Notes: generated from the sequence alone by a model not told the origin. DNA of 64,000 nt from Squalus acanthias (GCA_030390025.1 CM059432.1:25918001-25982000); one strand, 5' to 3'. Positions 24,771-37,436 are shown, counted from the first letter of the stretch. A program made the numbers and translations.

Positions 24771-26483
24771 TTCTCAGCAGAGAGACAAATCCTTCAGGAA
24801 AGGGAAAAACAGGCAGGAATAAAAACATGTTTGTAGTAGGACAATAGGTGAGAAGCCCCCAGAGTAGGGAAGCTTGCAGGGAAAGCGTTTATGGACCTAA
24901 AGTTTCTTTTTGGTATAACCTTTTTCATTTCACCCTTCTTCACCTGAAAGCATGGCAGAAATTGGGGCTTGGGTCCACAGCTCACAGCTAGTCTTCAGTA
25001 CCTTGCATAAACGACCATTCTTCTGGACTGGACAGTGAGTGTCAGTAGACTAATTGACTACTGGGGTAACATAGATCAGCCCAAGCCTATCTTCACCCAA
25101 TACAAATGCATATGTTATAGCGGCAGCGGGGGATTGGGGGAGGGGGGGGCGGGGGGCAAAATCACTTAATAGTAATCAGGAGTGGGGGCTCTGGCTGCTT
25201 TTCCTCTCCCTCGTCTGGGAGAATAAAGCCAATTGTAACACCACTACTGCTACCCAGAGATCAGCTATCTCATCCCAGACTGGGACATTCTGGTCTGTAA
25301 GGCTCAGTACCAAACTGAGCAGTACATGTAAATACCAAAGGTTCTTCTTAGGATGACCCTTAATACCTTGGTTGAGGAACAAAACAGTATATTTTAAAAA
25401 ATAATTTGTGTCAAGTCGCCAAGATAGTTGTCAGGATGCAAGATGTGCACTTTAGTGAGTGACTGTAATGGTTCCCTTTCTTCAGCAGTGGGTAGCAGTA
25501 ATGCAGAGAACGGCACCTTCCACCAAATAAACACCTGTGCAACATTCTCATTGGCCCCATGCAGTTTTTTTAAAATTAATGTTGTCTGTACGACTTTCAC
25601 ATATGATCACAAGTACGTTAACAATGGCAACATCCATAATAGATTCAGGAAAAAACAATACGTCGCAAGTACAAATTCAGCTTGCAATGCATCTTTGTTC
25701 CGAGCAGGTTTTCATAATGGAGCTCAAGGTCCCGGATAATTGGTAACAAAGAGATTTATTCTACAAAACAAAAAGTTAAGCTCATATTTCATTATCAAGG
25801 GCAGAGGAAATCTCAAGGATTTTCTACTTGACGTCATCTGTTTAGCTCTCTTTTTTTAATAGGCTTGTGTAATAAATCATGTGTTGCTGGAATATGATAT
25901 AAGTAGAGGTCGGGTTTAACAAGTTGTACACACCAAGCATGAGTATAGCAGCTACCTTAGAGACTGGGCAGATATCGCCTGTATTTATTCTATTTTAAAT
26001 ACATAAGACATGAGCCAATTTAACTTTATAGTTTATGCAGGAATCTAAAAAGATAGGAACCCCAAAACATCCTTCAGCCCATGCAGATTTGCTCTGTTGT
26101 TTAGGTCTATATATAAGACATAGACACTGCTTGGTTTGTTTTAGGAGAGTGGGAAAAGGAACATGAGGGTTAATTCCACAATCCTGTATTCCCAGAGAGG
26201 AGGCCATACTTGAAGGGACAAAACTGAGGTTCAATTCTCCAACCTGCACTCCCTAAGAGTGCAGCTCCACTGCAAGGGAAGGTTGGAAAATTGGAGCTAC
26301 AATGTTGTCCCTTAAAGTAAAGGTTCAACAATAGAGTAATAGAATAATCTCACATAGACTCTGATGGAGTGGGTTTGATGGGCTAAATTACAACATTTCC
26401 TACATTACAACAGTGACTGCAGTTCAAGGTACCTCACTGGCTGTAAAGCACTTTGGATTGTCCTGAGGTTGTGAAAGGCGCTA

Positions 26484-27454
26484 ACCATCTTCAGCTGCTT
26501 CATCAATGACCTTCCCTCCATCATAAGGTCAGAAGTGGGGATGTTCGCTGATGACTGCACAGTGTTCCGTGCCATTCGCAACTCCTCAAATAATGGCGCA
26601 GTCCATGCCCCATGCCCCACATGCAGCAAGACCTGGATGACATTTAGGCTTGGGCCGATAAGTGGCAGGTAACATTCGCGCCACACAAGTGCCAGGCAAT
26701 GACTATCTCCAGCAAGTGAGAGTCTAACCACCGCCCCTTGACATTCAACGGCATTACTATCACCAAATCACCAACGTCAACATCCTGGGGGGTCACCGTT
26801 GACCAGAAACTTACCTGGATGAGCCACATAAACACTATGGCAACAAGAGCAGTTCAGAGGCTGGGTATTCTGTGGCGAGTGTCTCACCTCCTGACTCCCC
26901 AAAGCCATTCCACCATCCACAAGGCACAAGTAAGGAGTGTGATGGAATACTCTTCACTTGCCTGGATGAGTACAGCTCCAACAACACTCAAGAGGCTCGA
27001 TGCCATCCAAGACAAAGCAGCCCACTTGATTGGCACCCCATCCACCACCTCAAACATTCACTCCCTCCACCACCGGCGTACCGTGGCTGCAGTGTGTACC
27101 ATCTACAAGATGCACTGCAGCAACTCATCAAGGCTTCTTTGGCAGCACCTCCCAAACCTGCGACCTCTACCACCTAGAAGGACAAGGGAAGCAGGCGCAT
27201 GGGAACACCACCACCTCCATATTCCCCTCCAAGTCACACACCATCCTGACTTAGAAGTATATCGCCGATCCTTCATCGTTGCTGGGTCAAAATCCTGGAA
27301 CTCCCTACCTAACAGCACTGTGGGAGTACCTTCACCACACAGACTGCAGTGGTTCAAGAAGGCAGCTCACCACCTCCTTCTCAAGGGCAACGAGGGATGG
27401 CCAATAAATGCTGGCCTTGCCAGCGTCGCCCACATCCCATGAACGAATAAAAAA
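26484..27454 (+). mobile_element. CR1-group LINE family A, 5'-truncated, inserted into a SINE tail (SINE parts 26398-26483 and 27455-27490)
   Basis: FINDLP, FADD, WADKWQVTF and KAQVRSVMEYS motifs. The SINE tail ggcgcta|tataaatgcaag is split by the insertion. Confidence 0.92.
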
Positions 27455-27698
27455 ATATATAAATGCAAGTTCTTTCTTTCCTTTCTTTCAAATGGCCTAT
27501 TTTCACTTTGGACTTTCTTATATTTGCATCTCAGATAGGGTTACCACCTTTGGCTAAAACAGGGTAATGGGTTGGGTTAGGGTTTTACAGCTGTTACCTT
27601 GACAACCAATGACATAGCTGAGGCTCTTCGGCAATTACTTTCCAGGTCTCATTGCAGAAGTGTGCAGATTTGTGACAATCCTCTTTTGAGACTCAATG

Positions 27699-27847
27699 AG
27701 GATGAAATTGGTCTTGGGCGGTAACAAAAAATGGGCAAATCAATAGACTGTCCTGCCAGATTTCAATGGAAAAGAAAATTGGGCGGGGTGTAAAACAGTC
27801 TGTTGATTCGCCCATTTTACATTACCACCAAACCCAATTTAATTCCC
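27699..27847. mobile_element. Short decayed MITE
   Basis: gaaattggtcttgggcggtaa / ttaccaccaaacccaattt inverted ends. Confidence 0.45.
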
Positions 27848-28600
27848 ATACTCTCTATATGCAGGAGCCTTCAGAAATGTATGATTGCCTGGCCCTTTAT
27901 GAAGGGAAGCTGCATAAGGATAGGACCTAACTGAGCACCCAATTGCAGATATAGCCACCTGGAATGCCTGTTCTGAATCTCATCCTCCTTTTCAAGATAT
28001 GGCAAATACCCATATGGACAGCCCAGTACTTGGAAAAAAAAGATAGACCTTATCTTTAAGAAGCTGACTCTTTACAGTTCCTTTGTCCCAAAGCAATAAA
28101 ACCCTTTTACATTTGGGTGGAAAAAGAAAATCGCAGAGACTGCCAATAATTGAGGCAAGTTGAGGGAGGAGAACTCACTTCCAGCATCTGTTTCACATGA
28201 CCAATGTCTGGAGCACACTTCAGATGCTTTAGATATATTATGGGGTGCTGGCCTCATTTCCATATTTAGTGAAGATGTAATGAGATTTGTCATGCGCACT
28301 ACAAATCAGATGCTGAGTAGGCAATTACATGGGACACTGGCACCAAAAGAAAGCAGCTTCACGGGGGGCATGATTGGACCCTCTGATTTGATATTCAGCT
28401 CAAACACTATGCCTCTCCACAAACAGGACTACATGCATGCTAAAAAGCGGAAGCAGCTTGCTATAGACAGGGCTAAGCGATCCCACAATCAACAAATCAG
28501 ATCAAAGCTCTGCAGTCCTGCCACATCCAGTCGTGAATGGTGGTGGACCATTAAACAACTAACGGGAGGAAGAGGCTCCATGAATATCATCCTCAATGAT

Positions 28601-28768
28601 CATGATGCGGAGATGCCGGTGCTGGACTGGGGTGGACAAAAATGAGAAGTCGCACAACACCAGGTTATAGTCCAACAGTTTTATTTGAAATCACAAGCTT
28701 TCGGAGCTTACACCCCTTCCTCAGGTGAGGAAGGGGTGTAAGCTCCGAAAGCTTGTGATTTCAAATAA
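28601..28768 (-). mobile_element. Penelope-like pLTR fold-back mini-element, copy 3
   Basis: Perfect 43-bp inverted arms at 28681-28723 and 28726-28768. 12-bp TSD atcctcaatgat at 28589-28600 and 28769-28780, inside a LINE whose empty site is visible in other copies. Confidence 0.88.
28692..28727 (-). ncRNA. Minimal type I hammerhead ribozyme
   Basis: Minus strand reads CAC-CUGAGGA-A-GGGGU(GUAA)GCUCC-GAA-AGCU-U-GUG. Stem II is capped by a GNRA tetraloop. Confidence 0.75.
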
Positions 28769-31269
28769 ATCCTCAATGATGGTGGAGCCCAGCACGTGAG
28801 TGCAAAAGACAAGGCTGAAGCGTTTGCAACCATCTTCGGTCAGAAGTGCCAAGTGGATGATCCATATCGGTCTACTCCCGAGGTCCCCACCATCACAGAA
28901 GCCAGTCTTCAGCCAATTCGATTCACTCCACGTGATATCAATAAACGGCTGAGCGCACTGGATACAGAAAAGGCTATGGGCCCCGATAACATCCCGGCTA
29001 TCGTGCTGAAGACTTGTGCTCCAGAACTAGCCGCGCCTAGCCAAGCTGTTCCAGTACAGCTACAACACTGGCATCTATCCTACAATGTGGAAAATGGCCC
29101 AGGTATGTCCTGACCACAAAAAGCAGGACAAATCCAATCCGGCCAATTACTGCCCCATCTGTCGATTCTCAATCATCAGCAAAGTGATGGAAGGAGTCAT
29201 CGACAGTGCTATCAAGCAGCACTTACTCACCAATAACCTGCTCACTGATGCCCAGTTTGGGTTCCGCCAAGACCACTCGGCTCCTGACCTCATTACAGCC
29301 TTGGTCCAAACATGGACAAAGGAGCTGAATTCCAGAGGTGAGATGAGAGTGACTGCCCTTGACATCAAGGCAGCATTTAACCGAGTGTGGCATGAAGGAG
29401 CCCCAGTAAATCTGAAATCAATGGGAATCAGGGGGAAAATGCTCCATTGGCTGGAGTCATAACGAGCACAAAGGAAGATGGTTGTGGTGATTGAAGGTCA
29501 GTCATCACAGCCCCAGGACATCGCTGCAGGAGTTCCTCAGGGCAGTGTCCTAGGTCCAACCATCTTCAGCTGCTTCATCAATGACCTTCCCTCCAACATA
29601 AGGTCAGAAATGGGGATGTTCACTGATGACTGCACAATGTTTAGCGCCATTCGCAACTCCTCAGATAATGAAACAGACCATGCCCATAGTCATCAAGACC
29701 TGGACGATGTTCAGGCTTGGGCTGATAAGTGGCAGGTAACATTTGCGCTACAGAAGTGCCAGCCAATGACTATCTCCAACAAGCGAGAGCTTAACCACCT
29801 CCCCAACAGCATTACCATCGCCAAATCCCCCACTATCAACATCCTGGGGGTCACCATTGACCCGAAACTTAATGACCAGCCGCATAAATACTGTGGCAAC
29901 AAGAGCTGGTCAGAGGCTAGGTATTCTGCGGCGAGTGTCTCACCTCCTGACTCCCCAAAGCCATTCCACCATCTACAAGGCACATGTCAGGAGTGTGATG
30001 GAATACTCTTCACTTGCCTGGATGAGTGCAGCTCCAACAACACTCAAGAAGCTCGATGCCATCCAAGACAAAGCAGCCCACTTGATTGGCACCCCATCCA
30101 CCACCTTAAACATTCACTCCCTCCACCACCGGCGTACCGTGGCTGCAGTGTGTACCCTCTACAAGATGCACTGCAGCAACTCGCCAAGGCTTCTTCGGCA
30201 GCACCTCCCAAACTCGCGACCTCTTCCACCTAGAAGGACAAGGGTAGTAGGCGCATGGGGACACCACCACCTCCAAGTGCCCCTTCAAGTCACACACCAT
30301 CCTGACTTAGAAGTATATCCCCGATCCTTCATCGTCGCTGGGTCAAAATCCTGGAACTCCCTACCTAACAGGACTGTGGGAGTACCTTCACCACACGGAC
30401 TGCAGCAGTTCAAGAAGGTGGCTCGCCACCACCTTCTCAAGGGCAACTAGGGATGAACAATGAATACTGGCCTTGCCAGCGACGCCCACATCCCATAAAC
30501 GAATAAAAAAAAATACAACTAATTGTTTATTGAACTACTTATACTCCCACTTTAATGGACTTACCTGATTACTTATTACACAATTCCATTAACTTTTGGG
30601 TAAAACATTTCTGCCTGGTTTCCCTTTTGAATCACAATTTCCTCATTTTTAAACTCATGTCCCCTGGTATTTGAACCCTTCCCTGAAATGAACAATTTGC
30701 ATGGATCAGTTTCCTTCATAATCTTAAAAATTTTGATTCTGTCAGCTCAAAATCTCTTCTTTCCAAAGAAAACAAGTCCAGCTTCCATAATTTTCTTCAT
30801 AACAAATTCCTGACACAAGGAATCACCTTCATTGCTCACCTCTATTCCTTGTCTAATACCCTCTTGATAGAAGTGATCTCAGAAGAACAGCTCTCTCCTC
30901 TTATCTGCTAATCAAGTTTTATGATGGCAACAATTAGTTTTGTGAGATGGCTCAGGTTTCAGCTGTGACCATAACAACCTTAACCCTAAAAGCTCCACAC
31001 CATAGAGGACATATATCAGGTATGCCCCTGAAAGACCTTTATCTTATAACGACATCAGTTTGTGGATTTTATTGATTGTTTTCAAAGCCAGCTTGACAGT
31101 GTTACAAGGCTGAGGCTTTGCAGTCTGCATAGTCAAAACTGACAGACAAGTGCTCTGAGTGGATAGCTTACAGCAGTGTTTTTTGACTGAATTATTGCCA
31201 TGGGACATAGTCCTAGGCAGTGTCTTGCTGTGGGTCATGCTCAGGAATACTCCAATCACAGAGTGAAAT

Positions 31270-31595
31270 TACATAGAATTTACAGCACAGAAACAGTCCA
31301 TTCAGCCTAACTGGTGTATGCTGGTGTTTATGTTCCACACAAGTCTCCTTCCATCCTATTTCATCTAACACTATCAGCATATCCTTATATTCCTTGCTCC
31401 CTCATGTACTTATCTAGCTTCCCCTTAAATGCATCTGTACTATTTGCCTCAACTACTCCCTGTGGTAGCGAGTCCATTTCTAACCATTCTCTGGGTAAAG
31501 AAGTTTCTCCTGAATTCTTGATTGGATTTATTGGTGACTATCTTATATTTATGACCCCTAGCTTTGGATTCCACCACAAGTGGAAACATCTTCTC
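31270..31595 (-). mobile_element. CR1 3' fragment
   Basis: MFPLVVESKARGHKYK..RRNFFTQR plus 3' UTR. Related fragments at 18860-19000(+) and 56452-56775(-). Confidence 0.85.
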
Positions 31596-32073
31596 GACAA
31601 TGACGGGATATTTATCTGCTGCACTGTTACTTGATCCTTGCTTAAATGTGTTGCCGTGAAAAGTTGCTGAGTGCGGGGCCAGGCTGTTCCCCAAAGAATA
31701 GCAAAATAAAACTCTATGGGGGAGAAATTCATTATAGCCCAGCAATGGGCGGTAACTTCAGAAACATTTGAGATTTAGCACCAGGCGCTAATGAATCAAG
31801 CTGCACACAAAATTGAGTCTCATCGCTCAAAGAAAGGACTGGAGTGCTAAATCAAGCGCTAATGGCTTAGCTCAGTGGCGCTACACTCAAAGCGTGATCC
31901 AATATCAGTTGCAGTCTAATCGCAAGTCATCATTGCCACAGGCTCTTTCCAGTTCTTAAAGGGGAGGTTCATTGATGCTGCAGAACCTCATTCTCAGCAT
32001 TGCTGGCTGTGAACCTGTGTCAGCAAGCAGCAGCAGGCCAAGCCCAAGGAGCCGGACGACGCAAGCAGGTGTC

Positions 32074-33981
32074 ATGATGGCAGTTCCACACCCCAGGGAG
32101 AGAGCCCGCAGATTTTCGGACCAAGCATTGGAGGAGTTAGTGTCCACTGTGAAGAGATGGAGGGCAGTGCTCTACCCGGCAAGTGGCAGGAGGCCCTCAC
32201 CACAAGACTTCCGTGCCATGTGGAGGGAGGTTGCCAAGCATGTCTTGGGCAGCACTGTGGTCCCCAGGACCCACACACGGTGCAGGAAGAAATTTTACGA
32301 TCTCACTCGGATGGTCAGGGTGAGTCAATGCCTCAACAAATGCTACATACCACCATCTGAACCACAGTCTGCACACACTGCCCAAAGCAACACACACATC
32401 CAGCACTCACCCACCAACAATCTCTACCTACCAACACTCACACCCACATCTCACACCTTGCACACAATGACAGCTATTCAGCTGTGGCAGGTACATCACG
32501 CAAGCACATTGCTCCACACTCACTCACACACTTGCCTTTCTCTTGCAGGCCAAGGTGGCTCACAACAGGAGGGAGCAGGAGCGCACAGGCAGGGGACAAA
32601 CCAACACCCAACCACTGTCTGCGCTGGAGAATAGAGTGCTGCAGATTATTGGGCACCAGGTGGTGGGCGCCATGGCCACTGGCGACGTTGACCCCCTTGG
32701 GGACAACAACGGTATGTTCATCCCTACTCCTTCTTCTCCGATCCCACTTCCCCCTCACTCCACAAGCCTTTTGCGCCCTCCAGCTAATCATGCTGTTTGC
32801 ATGCATTTCTCCCTTCCTGCCCCCCTCCCCTCACCTTAACCCGACTATTGGCCTTTCTGCTTTCAGATAATGAGCAAGCAGCTGAGCAGTATGTCCCTGA
32901 GGGTACAGTAGATAGTGAGGCGAGAGAAGAGGAGGAGGAAGAACACATCGCGTCACCATATGTCTCACCCGCAGGCACCAGCTCAGATACTGGCACTACG
33001 CGTTCTTTAGAGGCTTGTATAGTAGCGGGATCTGCACAGTGTGATGTACCGGGAAGGAGCGGGCTGCAGCGAGGCCAGGGGGAAAGGTTAGCTCAGTGGC
33101 CAGCTCCCCTGAGAGCGAGTTCACGCGCGAGTTCTGCTACACAGGACTCAGATGAGGTCCTCAATGGGGAGGTGTTTAGAAGGGTGATGGGCATGCACAC
33201 GGTGATGATAGGTGCAATGGCAAGGGTGTCCGAGAGCCTCTTGGCAATGGTAAGGAGCGTGGAGGAGTTCGCCTCCAACATTGCACAAGGCTCTGTGCAC
33301 ACCATGGAGCCCATCATTTCCAGTCTGGAAAGGATGGCAGATTCCCAGAGAGACCGTGGCAACCCAGACCTGATGCTGTGTGTGATGGGTGATCTGGCAG
33401 CTTCCATTGCAGCACAGGCGGAAGCGACACAACATCTTAGTGCTGTAATGCAGTCTATGCTTGGTGGCATCCAATCTCAGACTGCTCTCATGCAGTCTCA
33501 GCTTGATGCCACGCAAGCTCTGACTGCTGCCATCGTGGCTGGGTCGACCACCATCGACCGGGGCTTTCACGGTGTCGCAGAAGGTTAGCAATCTGTGCTC
33601 CAACTGATTGCTAGGGATGCTGAGGTGCTGCCCCGGGGGAGTGGCAGTGGGTCAGTGGAGCAGGAACCTGCTGTCCTCTATCAGGATGAGAGCATTGCTG
33701 CTCCCACCTTTGGCACTCCGCTATTGCCCTTGTTGCTGCCTGTCATCCAGCCAGCCCAGACTGCTGCCACCCATGCTGAGATGGTGCAGTCTACAGCCGG
33801 GCCTTCCAGGCCCAGAGCTGGTTGAGGGCGTTCTGCAAGGCCATCTGAAGTCTCCCGCACGGACACTCAGCAGCCTTCCACCAGCCCTGCTGCAGCCACT
33901 GGGCCAACACTTCGTAGGAGCACTAGAGTAGGCAAAGGCACAGTAACAAGAGGCACTAAGGGATTGCACAAGGGTGAATAG
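32074..33981 (+). pseudogene. Harbinger Myb/SANT-like DNA-binding protein, 3 exons (32074-32319, 32549-32711, 32867-33981), ~507 codons, two in-frame premature stops
   Basis: RARRFSDQALEELV..WREVA..RTHTRCRKKFYDL trihelix motif and a TGRG motif in exon 2. GT-AG sites are phase-compatible (gtgagt, ttgcag, gtatgt, tttcag). Stops at 33586 (TAG) and 33823 (TGA). Confidence 0.85.
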
Positions 33982-34145
33982 GTAATATTGTTGTTGTAAA
34001 TATGTGTTAACTGATTATTGATAAATTTATTAATTCAGTTTGGATTCTTTGTGGTGTGTTTCATTTCAGCTTTGCGCTGTGAAATGGCCTGCGACAGGGA
34101 TGGAATGATGGGGATGTGGTGAACAACGGGGATCTGGGGTTTAAT

Positions 34146-35358
34146 TTATTGGAACCGCAGTCTGATGAGGCGGTCATGGACCGCCCTTCCGGAAGGCCGA
34201 TTGAGTGGCTGCCTCCTCCCTCGCTCCTGTTCCTCCTCCTCCTCTTCGTCCTCGTCCTCCTCGTCTTCCTCTTCCTCCTCGTCCTCCTCCTCTCCCTCGT
34301 CCTCCTCCTGAGGTGGCCCCGCAATCCGTGGTGGCAAGGGCTGGGCCCTCATTATGGCCAAATTGTGGAGCATGCAGCAGACGATGACGAAATGGGACAC
34401 CGGCTCAGCCGAGTACTGGAGGGCTCCTCCTGAGCAGGCAAGGCAGCGGAACCATTGCTTTAGTACCCCGATGGTCTGCTTGATGATATTCCTGGTGGTG
34501 GCATGGCTTTCATTATATGAGTGCTGGGCAGGAGTGTTGGGGTTGTGGAGGGGAGTCATGAGCCAGGTGGAGAGCGGATAGCCCTTGTCTCCGAGCAGCC
34601 AGCCGTGAGCTTGATGTGGTGGCTGGAAGAGTGCTGGCACACTGGGCTGGCACCGTGGCATCGTGGCTGCTGCCAGGATAGCGGGCATTCACATTGAGAA
34701 TTCGCTGTGTGTCGTCGCACACCAACTGCACATTAAGTGAGTGGTAGCCTTTGCGGTTACGGAAGATCTCAGCATTGTTATGTGGTGCTTGCAAAGCCAC
34801 GTGGGTGCAGTCAATGGCACCCTGCACCATGGGGAATCTCGCTATCCTGGCAAAGCCACATGTATGCTTATCCTGCTTCTCTCTGGTGATGGGGAAGCAA
34901 TCTCCTACTGTAGAGAGCCTCTGTGACCTCCCGGTTAGCTATGGCAAGGATCAAGTAACAGTGTAGCAGATAAATATCCCGTCATTGTTAGCAATGTTAG
35001 CTATGTCTCCTGTTGCAGATTGGGAGGATCCACTGGTGAAGAAATTGAGGGCGACAGTGACCTTGACTGCCACTGAGAGAGCCGTGGTGGTCCTGGTCTG
35101 AGGCTGGAGGTTTGGTTGCAGGAGGTGGCAGAGTTCTGTGACCACCTCCCTGGTGAAGTGGAGCCTTCTAATACACTGCTCCTGGCTTATTTGAAGGTAG
35201 AGGTGCTGTTGGAATATCCTTGGAGGGTAAGTCCTCCTGTTGAGAGGCCTGATGGCCCTCCTCCTCCCTCTGGCCACATGTTCCAATCTTTCTTGTTGCC
35301 TGCGCTCCCTCCGCCGTAGATCCTGAAGGATGAGGTCGACTGTCAGTACAGCCCCCAT
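34146..35358 (-). pseudogene. PIF/Harbinger DDE transposase (DDE_Tnp_4, HARBI1-like), disrupted
   Basis: [65 protein letters not shown] and CCMLHNL motifs with an acidic tail. Frameshift plus an insertion at 34944-34988. Confidence 0.92.
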
Positions 35359-35782
35359 TAATGTAACCAAGTTGTGAGAATAAATGTAACTAACATTTTG
35401 GTAGCCACAACACTCCGGGGACTAAACAACCTTTAAATGACTGTGCAACAGTTTAAATCAATGTCAAACTGACAAGGAAGCAGTGAAACAGCGCTAACCT
35501 GAGAGCTGTGACTCATTACTCATGATCCCTTTAAGGAATGCCCCTGGAGCCGGCTACTGGCTGCTTCACACCTCCTCTCCCTGTCGCTGTCGGGGCAAGG
35601 CGCTAAGGGAGGGGGCGTTAATCAATTTCGTAGATCGGGTGGTCAGTGAATGTTGCACGCTCACTGACATCATGATCTGCCTGGCGCTGAAGTCCCTGGC
35701 GCTAACTCATAATGGCGGCACTACGGGGGTGCCAGATTTGGCGTGTGGCGCTGATGTCGCTGGCACTAACTGGAGGCGCTAT

Positions 35783-37436
35783 GGGGGAGAAATTTGTGTG
35801 GTTTGCGCCACACATTAGTGCCACAAGATGGCGCTAAAATGCCGTTGACAGCTGCAACGACAGCTGATGCCAGTTCCAGCGCAGCACGCCATATCGGTGT
35901 TCATGGAAGCGCTGCCGGTAAACTCGATGGCCAGGGACCTCGCCATCATGGAGATCGTGACATCAGTGAGTGTGCAATGCTCACTGGACATTCGATCTCC
36001 CAACTTCATTATAGCCACTTACCTTAACGGCAGCGCAGAACAACGACAGGGAGAGCTGGCGTCTACCAGCAGGAAGCAGGCTGCAGCAGCGATATTTAAA
36101 GGCATCATTCCCAATCGGCTGTACCTGACAGGGTTTTGCAGTTTCAGTCCCTGTTTGCTACTTCCTACAACTGAAACAGCTCTCTTCAGTAATTTCAAGT
36201 TTTTTTGGTGACAGGGAGTGTTGATTCAGGTGCAGAAGTCACTCATTATTTGTTAAAGGCTTCTGCTCACAACACTTCCTCACAGTCATGGGGGCTATGG
36301 GATTGCGGGACTACCTCAGGAGGATGATGAGGCAGATGAGGATGAGGAGGAAGAGGACAAGGAGGAGGAGGGTGAGGACAAGGAGGAGGAGGAACAGGAA
36401 GGAGGGTGGAGGCAGCGAGACAATCAGCCTTCTGGACGGGCTGTCCATGACCGGCTCATCAGACTCCGATTTGCATGAATGAAACCCCAGATCCCCCTAG
36501 CTCACCACATCCCCATCATACAATCCCTGTCTCATGCCATATCACAGCGTCCTCCTGGGCACAAAGGTGAAATGAGAGAGACCACAAAATATTCCAAACA
36601 CACTTAATAAATGTATCTATAAACATATCACACATAGGACATGAATTCTAATAACTAATGACCCTTGTGTCTGCCATAGTTGAATAGCTGTCATTGTGTG
36701 CAAGATGTGAAATGTGGGTGTGAGTGTTGCTAGGTAGAGATTGTTGGTGGGTGAGTGCTGGGGGTGTGGTGCATTGAGCAGTGTGTGAAGCTTGTGGTAC
36801 AGATGGTGGTATGTAGCATTTGTTGAAGCCTTCACTCACCCTGACCACCCGTTTGAGGTCGTTAAACTTCTTCCTGCACTGGGTATGGGTCCTGGGGACC
36901 AGAGTGCTGCCCGTGAACTGGTGTGCCACATCCCTCCACATAGTCTGGCAGACTTGTGGCGAGGGCCTCGTGCCAGTTGGGGGTTACAGGACGGCTGGCC
37001 TTCTCTCCACAACTAAAATCAATACCTCCAAAGCTTCCTCAGAAAACCTTCTGCCTTTCTCCCTGGGGCGTAGATCTGCCATCAGGATTTGTGAATAAGT
37101 GCTCCTTCTCTTTGACCTTCGTCTTATGGATGTTGAGGCAGCTACACACCCAACAATGCTGTGGATGAGGTGCTGCAGCATCAATGAACATCCCTTTAAG
37201 TAGTGAAAAAGCCTGTGGCAATCATTACTTGCGTTTAGACTGCCCCTGATATTGGTACATCTTTTCAGTGTAATGCAAATGAGTTTGAGCTTTTAGACTA
37301 GAATCATGACTGCAATCGTTTTAATGAGGAGTGAGGATGAATTTTGCATGTAGCCTAGACGATTTTCAACTGGCGCTATGTAACCATTTTTAATCTAAAC
37401 ACTACCCATTTCTTGGCTATAACGAATTTCTAGCCC
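35783..37436. mobile_element. Second, internally deleted Harbinger element in opposite orientation
   Basis: TIRs gggggagaaatttg (35783) and gaatttctagccc (37436). Myb exon-1 remnant on - (REKGRRFSEEALEVL, WRDVA..RTHTQCRKKFNDL). The transposase start (36288) is fused directly to its acidic C-terminal region. Confidence 0.85.

Larger units (their letters stand above)
28423..30513 (+). mobile_element. CR1-group LINE family A (RT pseudogene), interrupted by mini-element 28601-28768
   Basis: KAMGPDNIP, QFGFRQDHS, ALDIKAAF, GVPQGSVLGP and FTDD motifs with frameshifts, plus the family 3' tail. Confidence 0.93.
31718..35782. mobile_element. PIF/Harbinger transposon (two convergent genes), decayed; transposase-side TIR missing
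   Basis: Left TIR gggggagaaattcattatagcc, a Myb/SANT gene on + and a DDE transposase on -, which is the canonical Harbinger architecture. Confidence 0.9.

Noticed and set aside
34146..35358. Domesticated HARBI1 gene
   Set aside because: Frameshifted, carries an insertion, has Lys at the conserved Glu position (IIKQTIG), and sits inside a transposon with its Myb partner
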